A DNA stretch of 64,000 nucleotides from an uncultured Lachnospiraceae bacterium (lineage in GTDB: Bacteria; Bacillota; Clostridia; Lachnospirales; Lachnospiraceae): contig CAJUBP010000020.1 of assembly GCA_910584585.1 (NCBI GenBank), forward strand, positions 881 through 64,880, given 5' to 3'. Of the stretch, positions 1 through 9,266 are shown piece by piece. A program made the translations under genes and the position numbers. The notes under the pieces were generated by a model. It was not told where the DNA came from. It saw nothing but the letters and a program-made list of their open reading frames with translations, and made no database searches. How positions within the stretch are numbered: position 1 is the stretch's first letter; each line of letters starts with the position of its first letter.

Positions 1-524
1 GAATGCTGCGGGAATATGAACAGGATTATCATACGGGAATGGATCTTGCGTTCATCAGCCGGCAAGTGTTTGACTATACCGCGGGATATCCGTATCTTGT
101 ATCGCGGCTGTGTCAGATATTAGACGAACAGGTAGCCGGAACCCGGGAGTATCCGGACAGAACCTCAGCCTGGACAAAAGAGGGCTATCAGGAGGCGGTC
201 AAGAAGATCTTGTATGAATCGAATACGTTGTTTGACGATTTGTGGAAGAAGCTGGATGAATATCCCGAATTGTCTAAGATGCTCTACGCAGTTTTATTTA
301 TCGGAAAAAACATTGCGTATAGTCCGGATCAGCTGGAAATGAATATTGGAGTCCGTTTTGGAATCATAAAATGTGAAAATGGACAGGTTGCGGTTTCCAA
401 CAGAATTTTTGAGTCAAGGCTGTATAATTATTATCTGGCAAAAGATATGGTGGAAAGCAGCACTTACTCTGCGGCATTGCAAAGTAAGAATCAATTTATT
501 CATGGAAGTCATTTTGGGGGATAA
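1..524 (+). CDS. AAA-ATPase-like family protein. Partial (5' end off-window) and lacking the C-terminal nuclease-like domain of its neighbour. Possibly a decayed paralog.
   Basis: ORF 3..524 aligns by eye with residues ~235-405 of the 565..2181 product (YDYTAGYPYLVSRLC vs YDYTAGYPFLVSKLC; KNQFIHGSH vs KNQFVSAGH). It stops at FGG*, where the neighbour continues. Confidence 0.5.
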   Translation, partial: MLREYEQDYHTGMDLAFISRQVFDYTAGYPYLVSRLCQILDEQVAGTREYPDRTSAWTKEGYQEAVKKILYESNTLFDDLWKKLDEYPELSKMLYAVLFIGKNIAYSPDQLEMNIGVRFGIIKCENGQVAVSNRIFESRLYNYYLAKDMVESSTYSAALQSKNQFIHGSHFGG

Positions 525-564
525 AAAATTAATTGAGGCAGTTGTATAAAATGAAAGGAATGGG

Positions 565-2181
565 GTGATGATTGTGGGAAAAATTTTTAATATCACTGGA
601 GCCTGTCAGCCGGATCTGCACTATATGACAGACATCAGTCCCCGTCTGGCGGAAATGAGAAAGCTGATTGCCAGAGGAGAATATTTTACCTTGAACCGTG
701 CTCGCCAATATGGAAAAACCACAACGCTCCGGGCCTTGAAAGAATATTTAAAGGACGAGTATTATGTGGTCAGCATGGATTTTCAGATGCAGATGAGCCA
801 TGCGAAGTTCCGCAGTGAAAATACTTTCTCGGTAGCCTTCGCGAAGGCTTTTGCGCGCGTTTTGAGGAATTCTGCCGCGGAATTCACAGATGAGACAGAA
901 TACGCGATCCAGCGTTTGAGCGCGGCAGCGCGGGAGAACAGAGAAGAAATAGAACTGGTGGAATTATTTCAGTATATCAGCGATATCTGTAAAAGCGCTG
1001 ACAGGCCCATCGTTCTTATGATAGATGAAGCAGACAGCGCTTCCAATCATCGGGTATTTTTGGATTTTTTATCCCAGTTAAGAGGATATTATATTGACAG
1101 AGAGCAGTCTCCGACCTTTCAGTCAGTGATTTTGGCAGGGGTATATGATATCAGATATTTAAAAAGCAGGTTTCTCCACAAAGAACAGCATGGGAAAAAC
1201 AGTCCCTGGAATATTGCGGTGGAGTTTAAAGGAGATATGAGTTTTTCGGCGGCGGAGATTGCAGGTATGCTGGACGAATATGAGGAAGATCATAAGACAG
1301 GAATGAATGTTGCGGAAATTGCGGAATTGATTTATGACTATACTGCCGGTTATCCCTTTCTGGTATCAAAACTTTGCAGAATTATGGATGAAGAGGTATG
1401 CGGCAGTGAAGATTTTTCAGACAAACACATGGCTTGGACCTATGCCGGTTTTTTGAAAGCTCAGCGGATTTTATTGGAGGAAAAAAATCCGCTGTTTGAA
1501 TCTATGGTAAATAAACTGTATGATTTTCCAGAGCTGAAACATATGATTTATTCAATGCTGTTTACAGGAAAAGAGCATTCTTATAATGCATTGGATCAGG
1601 CTATCGGAATGGCCGAAATGTTCGGATTTATTAAAAATGAGAATGGAACAGCGTTGATTGCGAACAGGATGTTTGAAACGGTATTTTATAACTTCTTTTT
1701 AACATCTTCTGAAAATCAGAATACAGATATCTATAAAGCCGCCATTCAAGATAAAAATCAATTTGTTTCTGCCGGGCATTTGAATATGGAGTTGATTTTA
1801 GAGAAATTTGTAATGCATTTTGGGGATTTATATGGGGAATGTTCAGATAGATTTAAAGAGGAGGATGGAAGGAGATTTTTTCTCCTTTATTTGCGGCCCA
1901 TTATCAATGGAACTGGAAATTATTACGTGGAGTCCAGAACCAGGAATATGGAGCGGACGGATGTAATTGTGGATTACCGTGGAGAGCAGATGGTGGTTGA
2001 ATTGAAAATTTGGCGGGGAAATGCATACCATGAGAGAGGGGAGGATCAGCTTTTGGGGTATCTGGAACATTATCATCTGAAAAAGGGATATATGCTCAGC
2101 TTTAATTTTAATCAGAAGAAAAAGGTTGGGATGAAACGTATGAGGTTTGGAGATAAAGTGTTGATTGAGGCAGTAGTATAA
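565..2181 (+). CDS. AAA-ATPase-like protein with a C-terminal PD-(D/E)XK-type nuclease-like domain
   Basis: 538-aa ORF. Walker A-like RQYGKTTT, Walker B-like VLMIDEAD. C-terminal D..E.K pattern (TDVIVDY...VVELKIW) typical of the AAA-ATPase_like/PDDEXK_9 architecture. Confidence 0.65.
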   Translation: MMIVGKIFNITGACQPDLHYMTDISPRLAEMRKLIARGEYFTLNRARQYGKTTTLRALKEYLKDEYYVVSMDFQMQMSHAKFRSENTFSVAFAKAFARVLRNSAAEFTDETEYAIQRLSAAARENREEIELVELFQYISDICKSADRPIVLMIDEADSASNHRVFLDFLSQLRGYYIDREQSPTFQSVILAGVYDIRYLKSRFLHKEQHGKNSPWNIAVEFKGDMSFSAAEIAGMLDEYEEDHKTGMNVAEIAELIYDYTAGYPFLVSKLCRIMDEEVCGSEDFSDKHMAWTYAGFLKAQRILLEEKNPLFESMVNKLYDFPELKHMIYSMLFTGKEHSYNALDQAIGMAEMFGFIKNENGTALIANRMFETVFYNFFLTSSENQNTDIYKAAIQDKNQFVSAGHLNMELILEKFVMHFGDLYGECSDRFKEEDGRRFFLLYLRPIINGTGNYYVESRTRNMERTDVIVDYRGEQMVVELKIWRGNAYHERGEDQLLGYLEHYHLKKGYMLSFNFNQKKKVGMKRMRFGDKVLIEAVV

Positions 2182-2191
2182 GGGGTAAAAT

Positions 2192-2399
2192 TTCGATACA
2201 CAGGAAAGGCAGGATGGCCCTTTGGCTAAGCAAACGATTCGTGGGCGTTCCTAGTGAAGGCGAAATCCACTGCTTATGGAGACTTAGGAAGGAAGGCTTT
2301 CCTGACTTCCTTAGCCGAAGTTAGCAGTTAGTTTGCCGGAACGTTGCCCAGTTTGTGTGGCAAAGTTTATTCTGCCTTTCCGTCCGTATCCCAATATGA
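2192..2399. repeat. Copy 1 of a ~208-nt imperfect long-hairpin (MITE-like) repeat
   Basis: About 88% identical by eye to 20424..20632. Terminal inverted repeats ACACAGGAAAGGCAGGATGGC / (GCCATCCTGCCTTTCCGTCCGTG in copy 2). In this copy the 3' arm is partly degraded. Confidence 0.8.
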
Positions 2400-2415
2400 A
2401 ACGTTCATTGTAGTG

Positions 2416-2458
2416 CTAGCGGACTGCCCTTTGGCATACAAACTGGGCAATCCGCTAG
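2416..2458. repeat. Hairpin containing an inverted partial copy of the internal segment of the 208-nt repeat
   Basis: CTAGCGGACTGCCC...GGGCAATCCGCTAG stem. Its loop region CTTTGGCATACAAACTGGGCAA is the near reverse complement of GTTGCCCAGTTTGTGTGGCAAAG inside the repeat. Confidence 0.55.
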
Positions 2459-2477
2459 TTCTGTCCGCGTCCGGCAG

Positions 2478-2508
2478 ATAAAAGTCCGCGAAAGCCTAAG
2501 CTTTCGCC
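2478..2508 (-). terminator. Possible intrinsic terminator of the etfA-ending operon
   Basis: On the minus strand, GCGAAAGC-TTAG-GCTTTCGC followed by GGACTTTTAT. The stem overlaps the etfA stop codon and the U-tract is weak. Confidence 0.35.
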
Positions 2509-3500
2509 TTCTTAATAGCCTCCGTCAGCACAGGCAGCACCTCGAACAAGTCTCCCACAACGCCGTAATCCGCAACGCCGAAAATAGGCGCATCCGGATC
2601 TTTATTGATGGCGATAATGCGGTCAGAACTGCTCATGCCGGCCAGATGCTGGATGGCGCCGGAGATTCCGCAGGCAATGTAGAGTTTGGGGCCGACGGTT
2701 TTACCGGTCTGGCCAACCTGGTGCGCATGGGGAATCCAGCCGGAATCCACAGCAGCCCGGGAAGCGCCTACGGTGCCGCCTAAAGCTTCTGCCAGAGCGC
2801 GGATTGGCTCGAAGCCTTCAGGACCTTTCACGCCGCGGCCGCCGGATACAATAATCTGCGCCCCTTCCAGGTCTACAGATTCTGCGTCCAGCTCCCGGAT
2901 TAATTCCACTACCTGAGTGCGGATATCTTCTGCAGGAACAGAGATGTCTTCTTTGATTACCTCCGCCTTATTGTCAGAGGGTTCTGTCATCTTAAATACG
3001 CCGGGGCGTACGGTGCCCATCTGAGGACGGTGCTCCGGGCACATAATGGTTGCCATGAGATTTCCGCCGAAAGCGGGACGGGTCCATGCCACATTGCCGG
3101 TTTCCTCGTCAATGTCAAGGGCGGTGCAGTCTGCGGTCAGTCCGGTGTGAAGGCGGCAGGCGATTCTGGGGCCTAAGTCCCGGCCGTTGTTGGTTGCGCC
3201 GATTAACATGCTGGTGGGCCCGTATTTTTCTACTAATTTCGTGATAGCAATGGCGTACGCGTCGGTGGAGTATTCTTTGAATTCTTCTCCGTCCACTGCA
3301 ATGACAGCGTCAGCGCCGTAACGGGAAGCAGCTTCCACAGAAGCGTCCACGTTGTGGCCGATGACAACGGCTGTCAATTTGCCGCCCTGCTTTTTCGCCA
3401 TATCTTTGCCGGGATTTAAAAGCTCCAGGCCGACTTTTTTCGGCGATCCGTCTTCTTTTGTTTCAATAAATACCCAAAGGTCTTTGGTTTTGACTTCCAT
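2496..3500 (-). CDS. etfA: Electron transfer flavoprotein alpha subunit (clostridial Bcd-associated type)
   Basis: 334 aa. C-terminal FAD-binding signature [17 protein letters not shown] and [13 protein letters not shown]. Directly downstream of etfB. Confidence 0.9.
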   Translation of the reverse strand: MEVKTKDLWVFIETKEDGSPKKVGLELLNPGKDMAKKQGGKLTAVVIGHNVDASVEAASRYGADAVIAVDGEEFKEYSTDAYAIAITKLVEKYGPTSMLIGATNNGRDLGPRIACRLHTGLTADCTALDIDEETGNVAWTRPAFGGNLMATIMCPEHRPQMGTVRPGVFKMTEPSDNKAEVIKEDISVPAEDIRTQVVELIRELDAESVDLEGAQIIVSGGRGVKGPEGFEPIRALAEALGGTVGASRAAVDSGWIPHAHQVGQTGKTVGPKLYIACGISGAIQHLAGMSSSDRIIAINKDPDAPIFGVADYGVVGDLFEVLPVLTEAIKKAKA

Positions 3501-3514
3501 GATCCGATTCCTCC

Positions 3515-4318
3515 TTATACTAAGCCGCCGTCATTCATCAGCGCAAACAGCTTCATAGCGCTCTCTGCGGGAGTCTCCTCCTGGATGACTACGCCGCCGC
3601 TTTTCCTTGGCGGTACGAAAGTTGCCTTTACTTTTGTGGGGGAGCCTTTTAAGCCGGCCTGTTCCAGATTGATTTCTGTCAGGTCTGCGGCGGTAATGTC
3701 AGGGATTTCTGCGCGGTTGGCAGCCATTTTCCGTTTCAGGGTGGGATATCTGGGATCCCAGGAAGGTTTGGTGTAGGTTACCAGGCAGGGCATGGAGGCG
3801 GTAATTACCTGAACGCCTTCTTCCACTTCTTTCTTCACAACGACTTTGCCTTCTTCCACAGAAGCTTCCAGTCCGTATGTAATCTGAGGAAGGCCCAAGT
3901 GCTCCGCAATTTCAGGGCCGACCTGCGCGGTATCGCCGTCGATGGCCTGTTTTCCGCAGAAAATCAGATCAAAATGGCCCTCTAAAGTCTCCACATGGCG
4001 GATGGCCTGGGAGAGGATATAGCTGGTTGCCAGCGTGTCAGAACCGCCGAAAGCCCGGTCAGTGAGAAGGTATGCTTTGTCAGCGGCGATGGCCAGGCAT
4101 TCTTTTAAGGCGTTTTTGGCCTGTGCCGGGCCCATGGAAAGCACGACGATTTTCGTATCAGGGTTCTTGTCTTTGATGCGAGCGGCGGCCTCTAAGGCAT
4201 ATCCGTCAAAAGGATTGACGATGGAGGGAACGCCTTCGCGGATCAGTGTGTTTTTTACCGGATCAATTTTGATTTCGGTGGTGTCCGGCACTTGTTTGAC
4301 GCATACAAGTATGTTCAT
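3515..4318 (-). CDS. etfB: Electron transfer flavoprotein beta subunit
   Basis: 267 aa. N-terminus MNILVCVKQVPDT, typical of EtfB. Paired with etfA. Confidence 0.9.
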   Translation of the reverse strand: MNILVCVKQVPDTTEIKIDPVKNTLIREGVPSIVNPFDGYALEAAARIKDKNPDTKIVVLSMGPAQAKNALKECLAIAADKAYLLTDRAFGGSDTLATSYILSQAIRHVETLEGHFDLIFCGKQAIDGDTAQVGPEIAEHLGLPQITYGLEASVEEGKVVVKKEVEEGVQVITASMPCLVTYTKPSWDPRYPTLKRKMAANRAEIPDITAADLTEINLEQAGLKGSPTKVKATFVPPRKSGGVVIQEETPAESAMKLFALMNDGGLV

Positions 4319-5880
4319 TCTGATTCCTCCTGGTTGAGAAGATTTTTTTTGATTTTCCCAGTTGCAGTCCGGGGAAACTCCGTGACAAAGGCAATCTGGG
4401 TAGGTACTTTAAATTTGGCAAGATGCTGTTCGCAGTAATTTGTAATGTCCTCTTTGCTTAAAGCTTCTCCCTCTTTTAACTGGATAAAAGCCTTGACTGC
4501 CTGGCCCCGGATGGAATCCGGCACGCCGATGACGGCGGCGTCGGCAATCAGTTTATGGGAGGTGAGGACGCATTCCACTTCGGTGCAGCTGATGTTTTCG
4601 CCGGAACGCTTGATGATATGGCCGCAGCGGCCCAGGAAAAAGAGCCAGCCTTCTTCGTCCAGATAGCCCCAGTCGCCGGAGTGAAGCCAGCCTTCTGGAT
4701 CCAGCAGCCGCCTGGTAGCTTCCTCGTCCTGGTAATAGCCCTTTACCAGAGTGCGGCCAGGCACGCCGTGGACGCAGATTTCCCCTTCGGTTCCCGGCGG
4801 AAGAGTGTTTCCATGTTCATCTACAATCTTTATTTCGTAGGAGAGGGCGGGACGGCCCACGGAAGGCCAGTGCTGATCGCCCCAGGGAGGCACACAGGTG
4901 ACGGCGGAAACTGTTTCCGTCATACCGTAGGAGTTTAAAAGCCTCACATGAAAACGCTCTTCGAAAGCTTCTTTTTCCTCATCGCTGAGTCCCATGGAAA
5001 AGTAAATCTGTTTCAGATTGTGTTCCTTTTCCCAGGGCTGAACCGGCTGCATCAGCATGGTGCGGTTCATTAAAGACATGGTGTCTGTAAAGTCCGCCTT
5101 GTGTTCGTAAACCTGGCGCCAGAACCGCCTTGCGCTGTAATGTTCTGACATAATCAAAGCGCTTCCGGTGCAAATCACGGGAGCCGCAGCCATTTCCTGA
5201 AAATCCATATGGTAACAGGGCATGGAGGTGAAAAAGCGGTCCCCGGTGCGCATGCAGATTTGCTCTGCATGGAGCAGCCCGCCGTAAACCACGTTGCAGT
5301 GGGTGTAGATCACCCCTTTGGGATGGCGGGTGGTGCCGGAAGTAAACAGGATGACGGCGGTATCTTCGGAGCATACCTCAACCTGTTTTTTTAAAGTGTC
5401 CGGCTGCTGCCTGCTGGCGGATTCTAAGGAGATCACCCTCGGATCTTCTGATTCACCGCCGGCTAACAGCAGGTTCTTGGGCCGGAACTGCTCATAGAGC
5501 TCCAGATAGATATCAATGGAGCAGGGTTCTGCGATCAGATGGGAGATCCTGCACTTGTTCAGGATGTAGCTGCATTCCCCAGCCTGGAAATGTTCATTGA
5601 TTGGAACGGAGACGGCGCCGATTTGGGCAATTGCCAGCCAGCAGGCCAGATATTCCGGCCGGTTGTGCAGGTGGAGTGCCACGAAATCGCCTTTTTGAAT
5701 TCCCAGGTCTGTAAGCAGGTTGGCGATCTGCTTCACGTAACGGTCAAATTCTATATAGGTAAAAGCGCTGATTTCATCCTGAACGGAAATATATTTCAAA
5801 AAAAGGTTCTGTCCGTAAAGTCTTACGGTTTCATCCCATTGGCTTTTTAACGTGCGGGTTCCTGCCATATCTGCTATCAT
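4315..5880 (-). CDS. caiC: AMP-dependent acyl-CoA ligase, CaiC-like (crotonobetaine/carnitine-CoA ligase family)
   Basis: 521 aa. AMP-binding motif ILFTSGTTRHPKG. Long blocks match recalled E. coli CaiC (YSARRFWRQV; LSDEEKEAFEERFHVRLLNSYGMTET; AKFKVP). 4-nt overlap with the etfB start. Confidence 0.75.
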   Translation of the reverse strand: MIADMAGTRTLKSQWDETVRLYGQNLFLKYISVQDEISAFTYIEFDRYVKQIANLLTDLGIQKGDFVALHLHNRPEYLACWLAIAQIGAVSVPINEHFQAGECSYILNKCRISHLIAEPCSIDIYLELYEQFRPKNLLLAGGESEDPRVISLESASRQQPDTLKKQVEVCSEDTAVILFTSGTTRHPKGVIYTHCNVVYGGLLHAEQICMRTGDRFFTSMPCYHMDFQEMAAAPVICTGSALIMSEHYSARRFWRQVYEHKADFTDTMSLMNRTMLMQPVQPWEKEHNLKQIYFSMGLSDEEKEAFEERFHVRLLNSYGMTETVSAVTCVPPWGDQHWPSVGRPALSYEIKIVDEHGNTLPPGTEGEICVHGVPGRTLVKGYYQDEEATRRLLDPEGWLHSGDWGYLDEEGWLFFLGRCGHIIKRSGENISCTEVECVLTSHKLIADAAVIGVPDSIRGQAVKAFIQLKEGEALSKEDITNYCEQHLAKFKVPTQIAFVTEFPRTATGKIKKNLLNQEESE

Positions 5881-5986
5881 AACAATGCTCCTTATGTATT
5901 CCCTGGATTAATGTTTTTCCTGCCAGAGCTTGCCGGAAAACGGCGTTGGCTGTCAGTACAAAGTATGGTTTGCAGCCATCTGGCTT

Positions 5987-6913
5987 TTAAGAAAGTTTCT
6001 CAATTAATGCCGGCACAATTTTGTACATATCCCCTACCAGCCCGAAGTCTGCGTTCTTGAAAATAGGCGCGGATTTGTCTTTGTTGATGGCGACGATGAC
6101 TTTGGATTTGTTGATGCCGCCGATGTGCTGCACCTGGCCGGATACGCCCAGCACAACAATCAGTTCCGGTTTTACCTGTACGCCGGTGATTCCCATATAG
6201 CATGCCTTGGGCATCCATTTATTATTCTCAGCAACCGGACGGGAGCATCCCACTTCAGCGTCCAGAACTTTTGCAAGGTTCCTGCACATTTCAAGGTCTT
6301 CTTCGGCAGCGAGGCCCCGGCCTACGTCCACAATGCGCTTTGCGGCAACCAGATTTACTGCGCCTTCCTTTTTCTCATTGCGGGAAATTCTGCGGATGGA
6401 AGCGGCCGGCTCCCCTGCAATCGGAAGGATTTCAGCGCTGCCGGAGGTTTCCGCGGGGGCTTCAAAAATACCGGAAGAGATGGTGATTACGCCATAGTCT
6501 CCGGTGAAGCTCTCTTTGCGCTGGGCGGTTCCGCCGTAAACTACTCTGCGGCAGCAAAGAACGTCGTTTTCTACCGATAATTCGTTTACGCTTCCCAAAA
6601 CAGCGGTATCTAAATAAACGGAAAGTTTTCCTGCCAGGCAGCGTCCCCGGATGCTGTTGTTGACCATAACGATTGCTTTGGGCTGTTCTTTTACCAGCTT
6701 CGCAATCGTTTCTGAGTAATCTTCCGGAGCTCCTTCTTCGGAAACCGGACAATATACGATTTTATCTGCGCCGCAGGATACATATTCTTTTGCGGCAGCT
6801 TCATCGCCGAATACGACGGCAGTTACGGAATCTGCCAGATTTTTTGCTCCTGCACAGAATTCAGGCAGGACAGCATAGTTGTCACTTACAATAAAAACAG
6901 ACTGAATTGCCAT
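5987..6913 (-). CDS. fixB: FixB-like electron transfer flavoprotein alpha subunit
   Basis: 308 aa. CSRPVAENNKWM, LGVSGQVQHIGG and AINKDKSAPIF closely match recalled E. coli FixB blocks. Confidence 0.8.
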   Translation of the reverse strand: MAIQSVFIVSDNYAVLPEFCAGAKNLADSVTAVVFGDEAAAKEYVSCGADKIVYCPVSEEGAPEDYSETIAKLVKEQPKAIVMVNNSIRGRCLAGKLSVYLDTAVLGSVNELSVENDVLCCRRVVYGGTAQRKESFTGDYGVITISSGIFEAPAETSGSAEILPIAGEPAASIRRISRNEKKEGAVNLVAAKRIVDVGRGLAAEEDLEMCRNLAKVLDAEVGCSRPVAENNKWMPKACYMGITGVQVKPELIVVLGVSGQVQHIGGINKSKVIVAINKDKSAPIFKNADFGLVGDMYKIVPALIEKLS

Positions 6914-6932
6914 AATGAATATCCTCCTCTAC

Positions 6933-7697
6933 TTAAAATCCTTCTTTTTTCAGGAATGAAACAAGTGCGTCTACGGCTTCTTCGTTGTCGCCTTCCACGA
7001 TTTCCTGACGGCGTTCCTGCTGCTGGGGCGCAAGCTGTTCTGCTGTGCTGGCAGAAGGCGTGATTTCCGCGTCAATGGTAAGTACGTTCACAGGTTTCTT
7101 GCCTGCTTTCATAATTTCACGCATGCTGGGAACGGCCGGCACGTTGATTTCAGAGGAAACGGAGAGTACGGCGGGAAGAGGAACTTCCAGCACTTCCACT
7201 TCTTCTTCCAGGGTACGTTCCACTTCCAGGCTGCTGTCGGAGGCGATTTTAATGCCGGTGACATTGTTGACAACGGGTACGCCTAAGAGAGTTCCCGCCT
7301 GAATACCCACTTCCTGAAGGTACAGGTCGCTGGAGCCTGCGCCGCAGAGCACCACATCATAGGAATCCATGGCTTTTACTGCGCCTGCAATGGCTTTTGC
7401 CGTCTGTAAGGAATCGGAGAAGTCGTGGCTGTCGTCCATTACGAGGTTCAATTCATCGGCGCCTCTGGATAAAATATCTTTACGGATTTTGGAATTTTCC
7501 AGATAAGCGCTGGAACCGATGGAGAGAGCAGTCATTGTTCCGCTGCTTTCTGCTGCCAGTTTCTTGCCGCTCTCTAATGCGTTTAAGTCATACTGGCTGA
7601 TTTTCAGTGACGCGTCTGCCATTGCAAGAGTCCGGTCTGGCAGAACTGTAATTTCTTCTTCGTTTGGAACGATTTTACAACATGCAATGATTTTCAT
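6933..7697 (-). CDS. fixA: FixA-like electron transfer flavoprotein beta subunit
   Basis: Start moved to ATG 7697 (MKIIACCKIVPNEEEI), preceded by GGAAAGGAAG. KISQYDLNA, LCGAGSSDLY and PLPAVLSV resemble recalled E. coli FixA. Confidence 0.8.
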   Translation of the reverse strand: MKIIACCKIVPNEEEITVLPDRTLAMADASLKISQYDLNALESGKKLAAESSGTMTALSIGSSAYLENSKIRKDILSRGADELNLVMDDSHDFSDSLQTAKAIAGAVKAMDSYDVVLCGAGSSDLYLQEVGIQAGTLLGVPVVNNVTGIKIASDSSLEVERTLEEEVEVLEVPLPAVLSVSSEINVPAVPSMREIMKAGKKPVNVLTIDAEITPSASTAEQLAPQQQERRQEIVEGDNEEAVDALVSFLKKEGF

Positions 7698-7780
7698 ATA
7701 CCTGTTCTTCCTTTCCTGTTTGATCTTTTTTTCTGTACATTTTCTGGAAACTTTCACGAAAAAGTACTTTTGATGTGTTT

Positions 7781-7809
7781 ATCATAATCAAAGGATTTGC
7801 TTTTGTCAA
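7781..7809 (-). promoter_or_regulatory. Candidate sigma-A promoter of the fixAB-caiC-etfBA operon
   Basis: On the minus strand: TTGACA, 17-nt spacer, TATGAT, about 85 nt upstream of the fixA start. Confidence 0.45.
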
Positions 7810-7949
7810 TGGCTGAATTTCAAAAATTCCAAATTTTTTTCAGACTGTCATGAAAAAAACGTCATTTTTCAAGGGCTATTATTAGTAGAAAAATTAACAT
7901 TGTGCAATATTAACAAAATTTCCACTGAAAAATTGTCTGATATTGTGAT

Positions 7950-7979
7950 TTGACTTAGGAAACAGGTACGTGTTATACT
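7950..7979 (+). promoter_or_regulatory. Candidate sigma-A promoter of the CoA-transferase...symporter operon
   Basis: TTGACT, 18-nt spacer ending in TGT (extended -10), TATACT, about 80 nt upstream of ATG 8060. Confidence 0.4.
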
Positions 7980-8059
7980 TCCTAGCAACAGGACAGTGTA
8001 AGTTATATTTTTTTTGACTGTCAATTTTCACGTAAAAGTAAAAGAAGGGAGACGAAACT

Positions 8060-9247
8060 ATGAAGCCACTTTGTTCACTGAAAGTACTGGATCTTACAGA
8101 CGGCAATCCCTATACCGGCAGCATGTTTGCGGATTACGGCGCTGATGTGCTTAAGATTGAGAATCCTCACGGCGGCGATTCCATCCGCCGGCGCGGAGCC
8201 AAAGACGGGGAAGAGGGAATCTATCAGGCCTTTTATAACAGGGGAAAGAAGAGCATGACTCTTGATATCTCAAAAAGCGCCGGAGGCGAAGTGCTCAAAC
8301 GCCTGGTTCCTCATTTTGACATGCTGGTGGTCAACAAGCCGGAAGATGAGATGAAGAAGCTGGGGCTGGGATACGAGGATTTGAAGGCAGTGAATTCCAA
8401 ATTGATCTACGGCGTGCTGACGCCTTACGGAGAATCGGGCCCTTGGAAAGATATGCCGGATTATGATTTGCTGATTAATTCCAGATCCGGACTGCAGGAA
8501 AAGACAGGTTTTCCGGAGCGTCCCACCAAGTTCGGATTTCCGCTGGCTTACATCTACAGCAGCTGGCATTTAAGCGCAGGCATGCTTGCGGCCTATCTGA
8601 AATCCCAGGAAACCGGGGAAGGAATGAAAGTGTCTGTCAGCGTATGGCATACCATGGTGTCTTTGGACGATACCTTTGTGGAAGGGCTGCTGGGGATGAA
8701 TACGCTGCCCAAGCGGATTGGAAACGGGTTCCCCACCACCAACCCCACAGATACGTTCCGGTGCAAGGACGGCTGGTTCTCCCTGAGTATCGGAAGCGAT
8801 GTACAGTGGATTAATTTTGCCAAATGCGCGGGAAATGACGTGTGGGCGGAAGATCCCCGTTACGCCCATGACCCGGCAAGGTCTATGGAGAATTATTTCG
8901 GTGATTTGGATCAGCAGCTGCGGGATTATTTCGCAACCATCACCATTGAAGAAGCGGATATGATCTGCCGGGAAGCAATGGTGCCGGGAGGCCCCTGCAA
9001 TACTTTTAAGGAACTGGCAGCAGACGCCCAGGTGGCGGACCGGAAGATGCTGGTTCACGTTCAGGACCCGAAAGTTGGAGATACCCTGCAGATTGGCCGG
9101 GCAGCCAAGTTTATCGGCGGATCCGAGGATGGGGACGACGCCATTGCCCCGGCTCCTGTATTAGGCGCAGACACAGAGAATTATCTGAAAGAGCTTGGAA
9201 TCACCGGAGAAAAAATGGAGCATATGCGTGCAGAGGGAATTATTTGA
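8060..9247 (+). CDS. Family III (CaiB/BaiF-type) CoA-transferase 1
   Basis: 395 aa. N-terminal LKVLDLT....G..FADYGADVLKIE is the typical family III fold signature. RBS AAGGGAG. Confidence 0.8.
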   Translation: MKPLCSLKVLDLTDGNPYTGSMFADYGADVLKIENPHGGDSIRRRGAKDGEEGIYQAFYNRGKKSMTLDISKSAGGEVLKRLVPHFDMLVVNKPEDEMKKLGLGYEDLKAVNSKLIYGVLTPYGESGPWKDMPDYDLLINSRSGLQEKTGFPERPTKFGFPLAYIYSSWHLSAGMLAAYLKSQETGEGMKVSVSVWHTMVSLDDTFVEGLLGMNTLPKRIGNGFPTTNPTDTFRCKDGWFSLSIGSDVQWINFAKCAGNDVWAEDPRYAHDPARSMENYFGDLDQQLRDYFATITIEEADMICREAMVPGGPCNTFKELAADAQVADRKMLVHVQDPKVGDTLQIGRAAKFIGGSEDGDDAIAPAPVLGADTENYLKELGITGEKMEHMRAEGII

Positions 9248-9266
9248 ATGGAAAGGAGATAGAAAA

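Noticed and set aside
7843-8023. GACTGTCA octamer present twice (7843, 8016), plus an inverted GACAGT (7992), in the cai/fix divergent promoter region. Considered as a regulator-binding motif.
   Set aside because: The motif is short, there are only two to three copies, and no regulator gene is in the cluster. This is insufficient to call.
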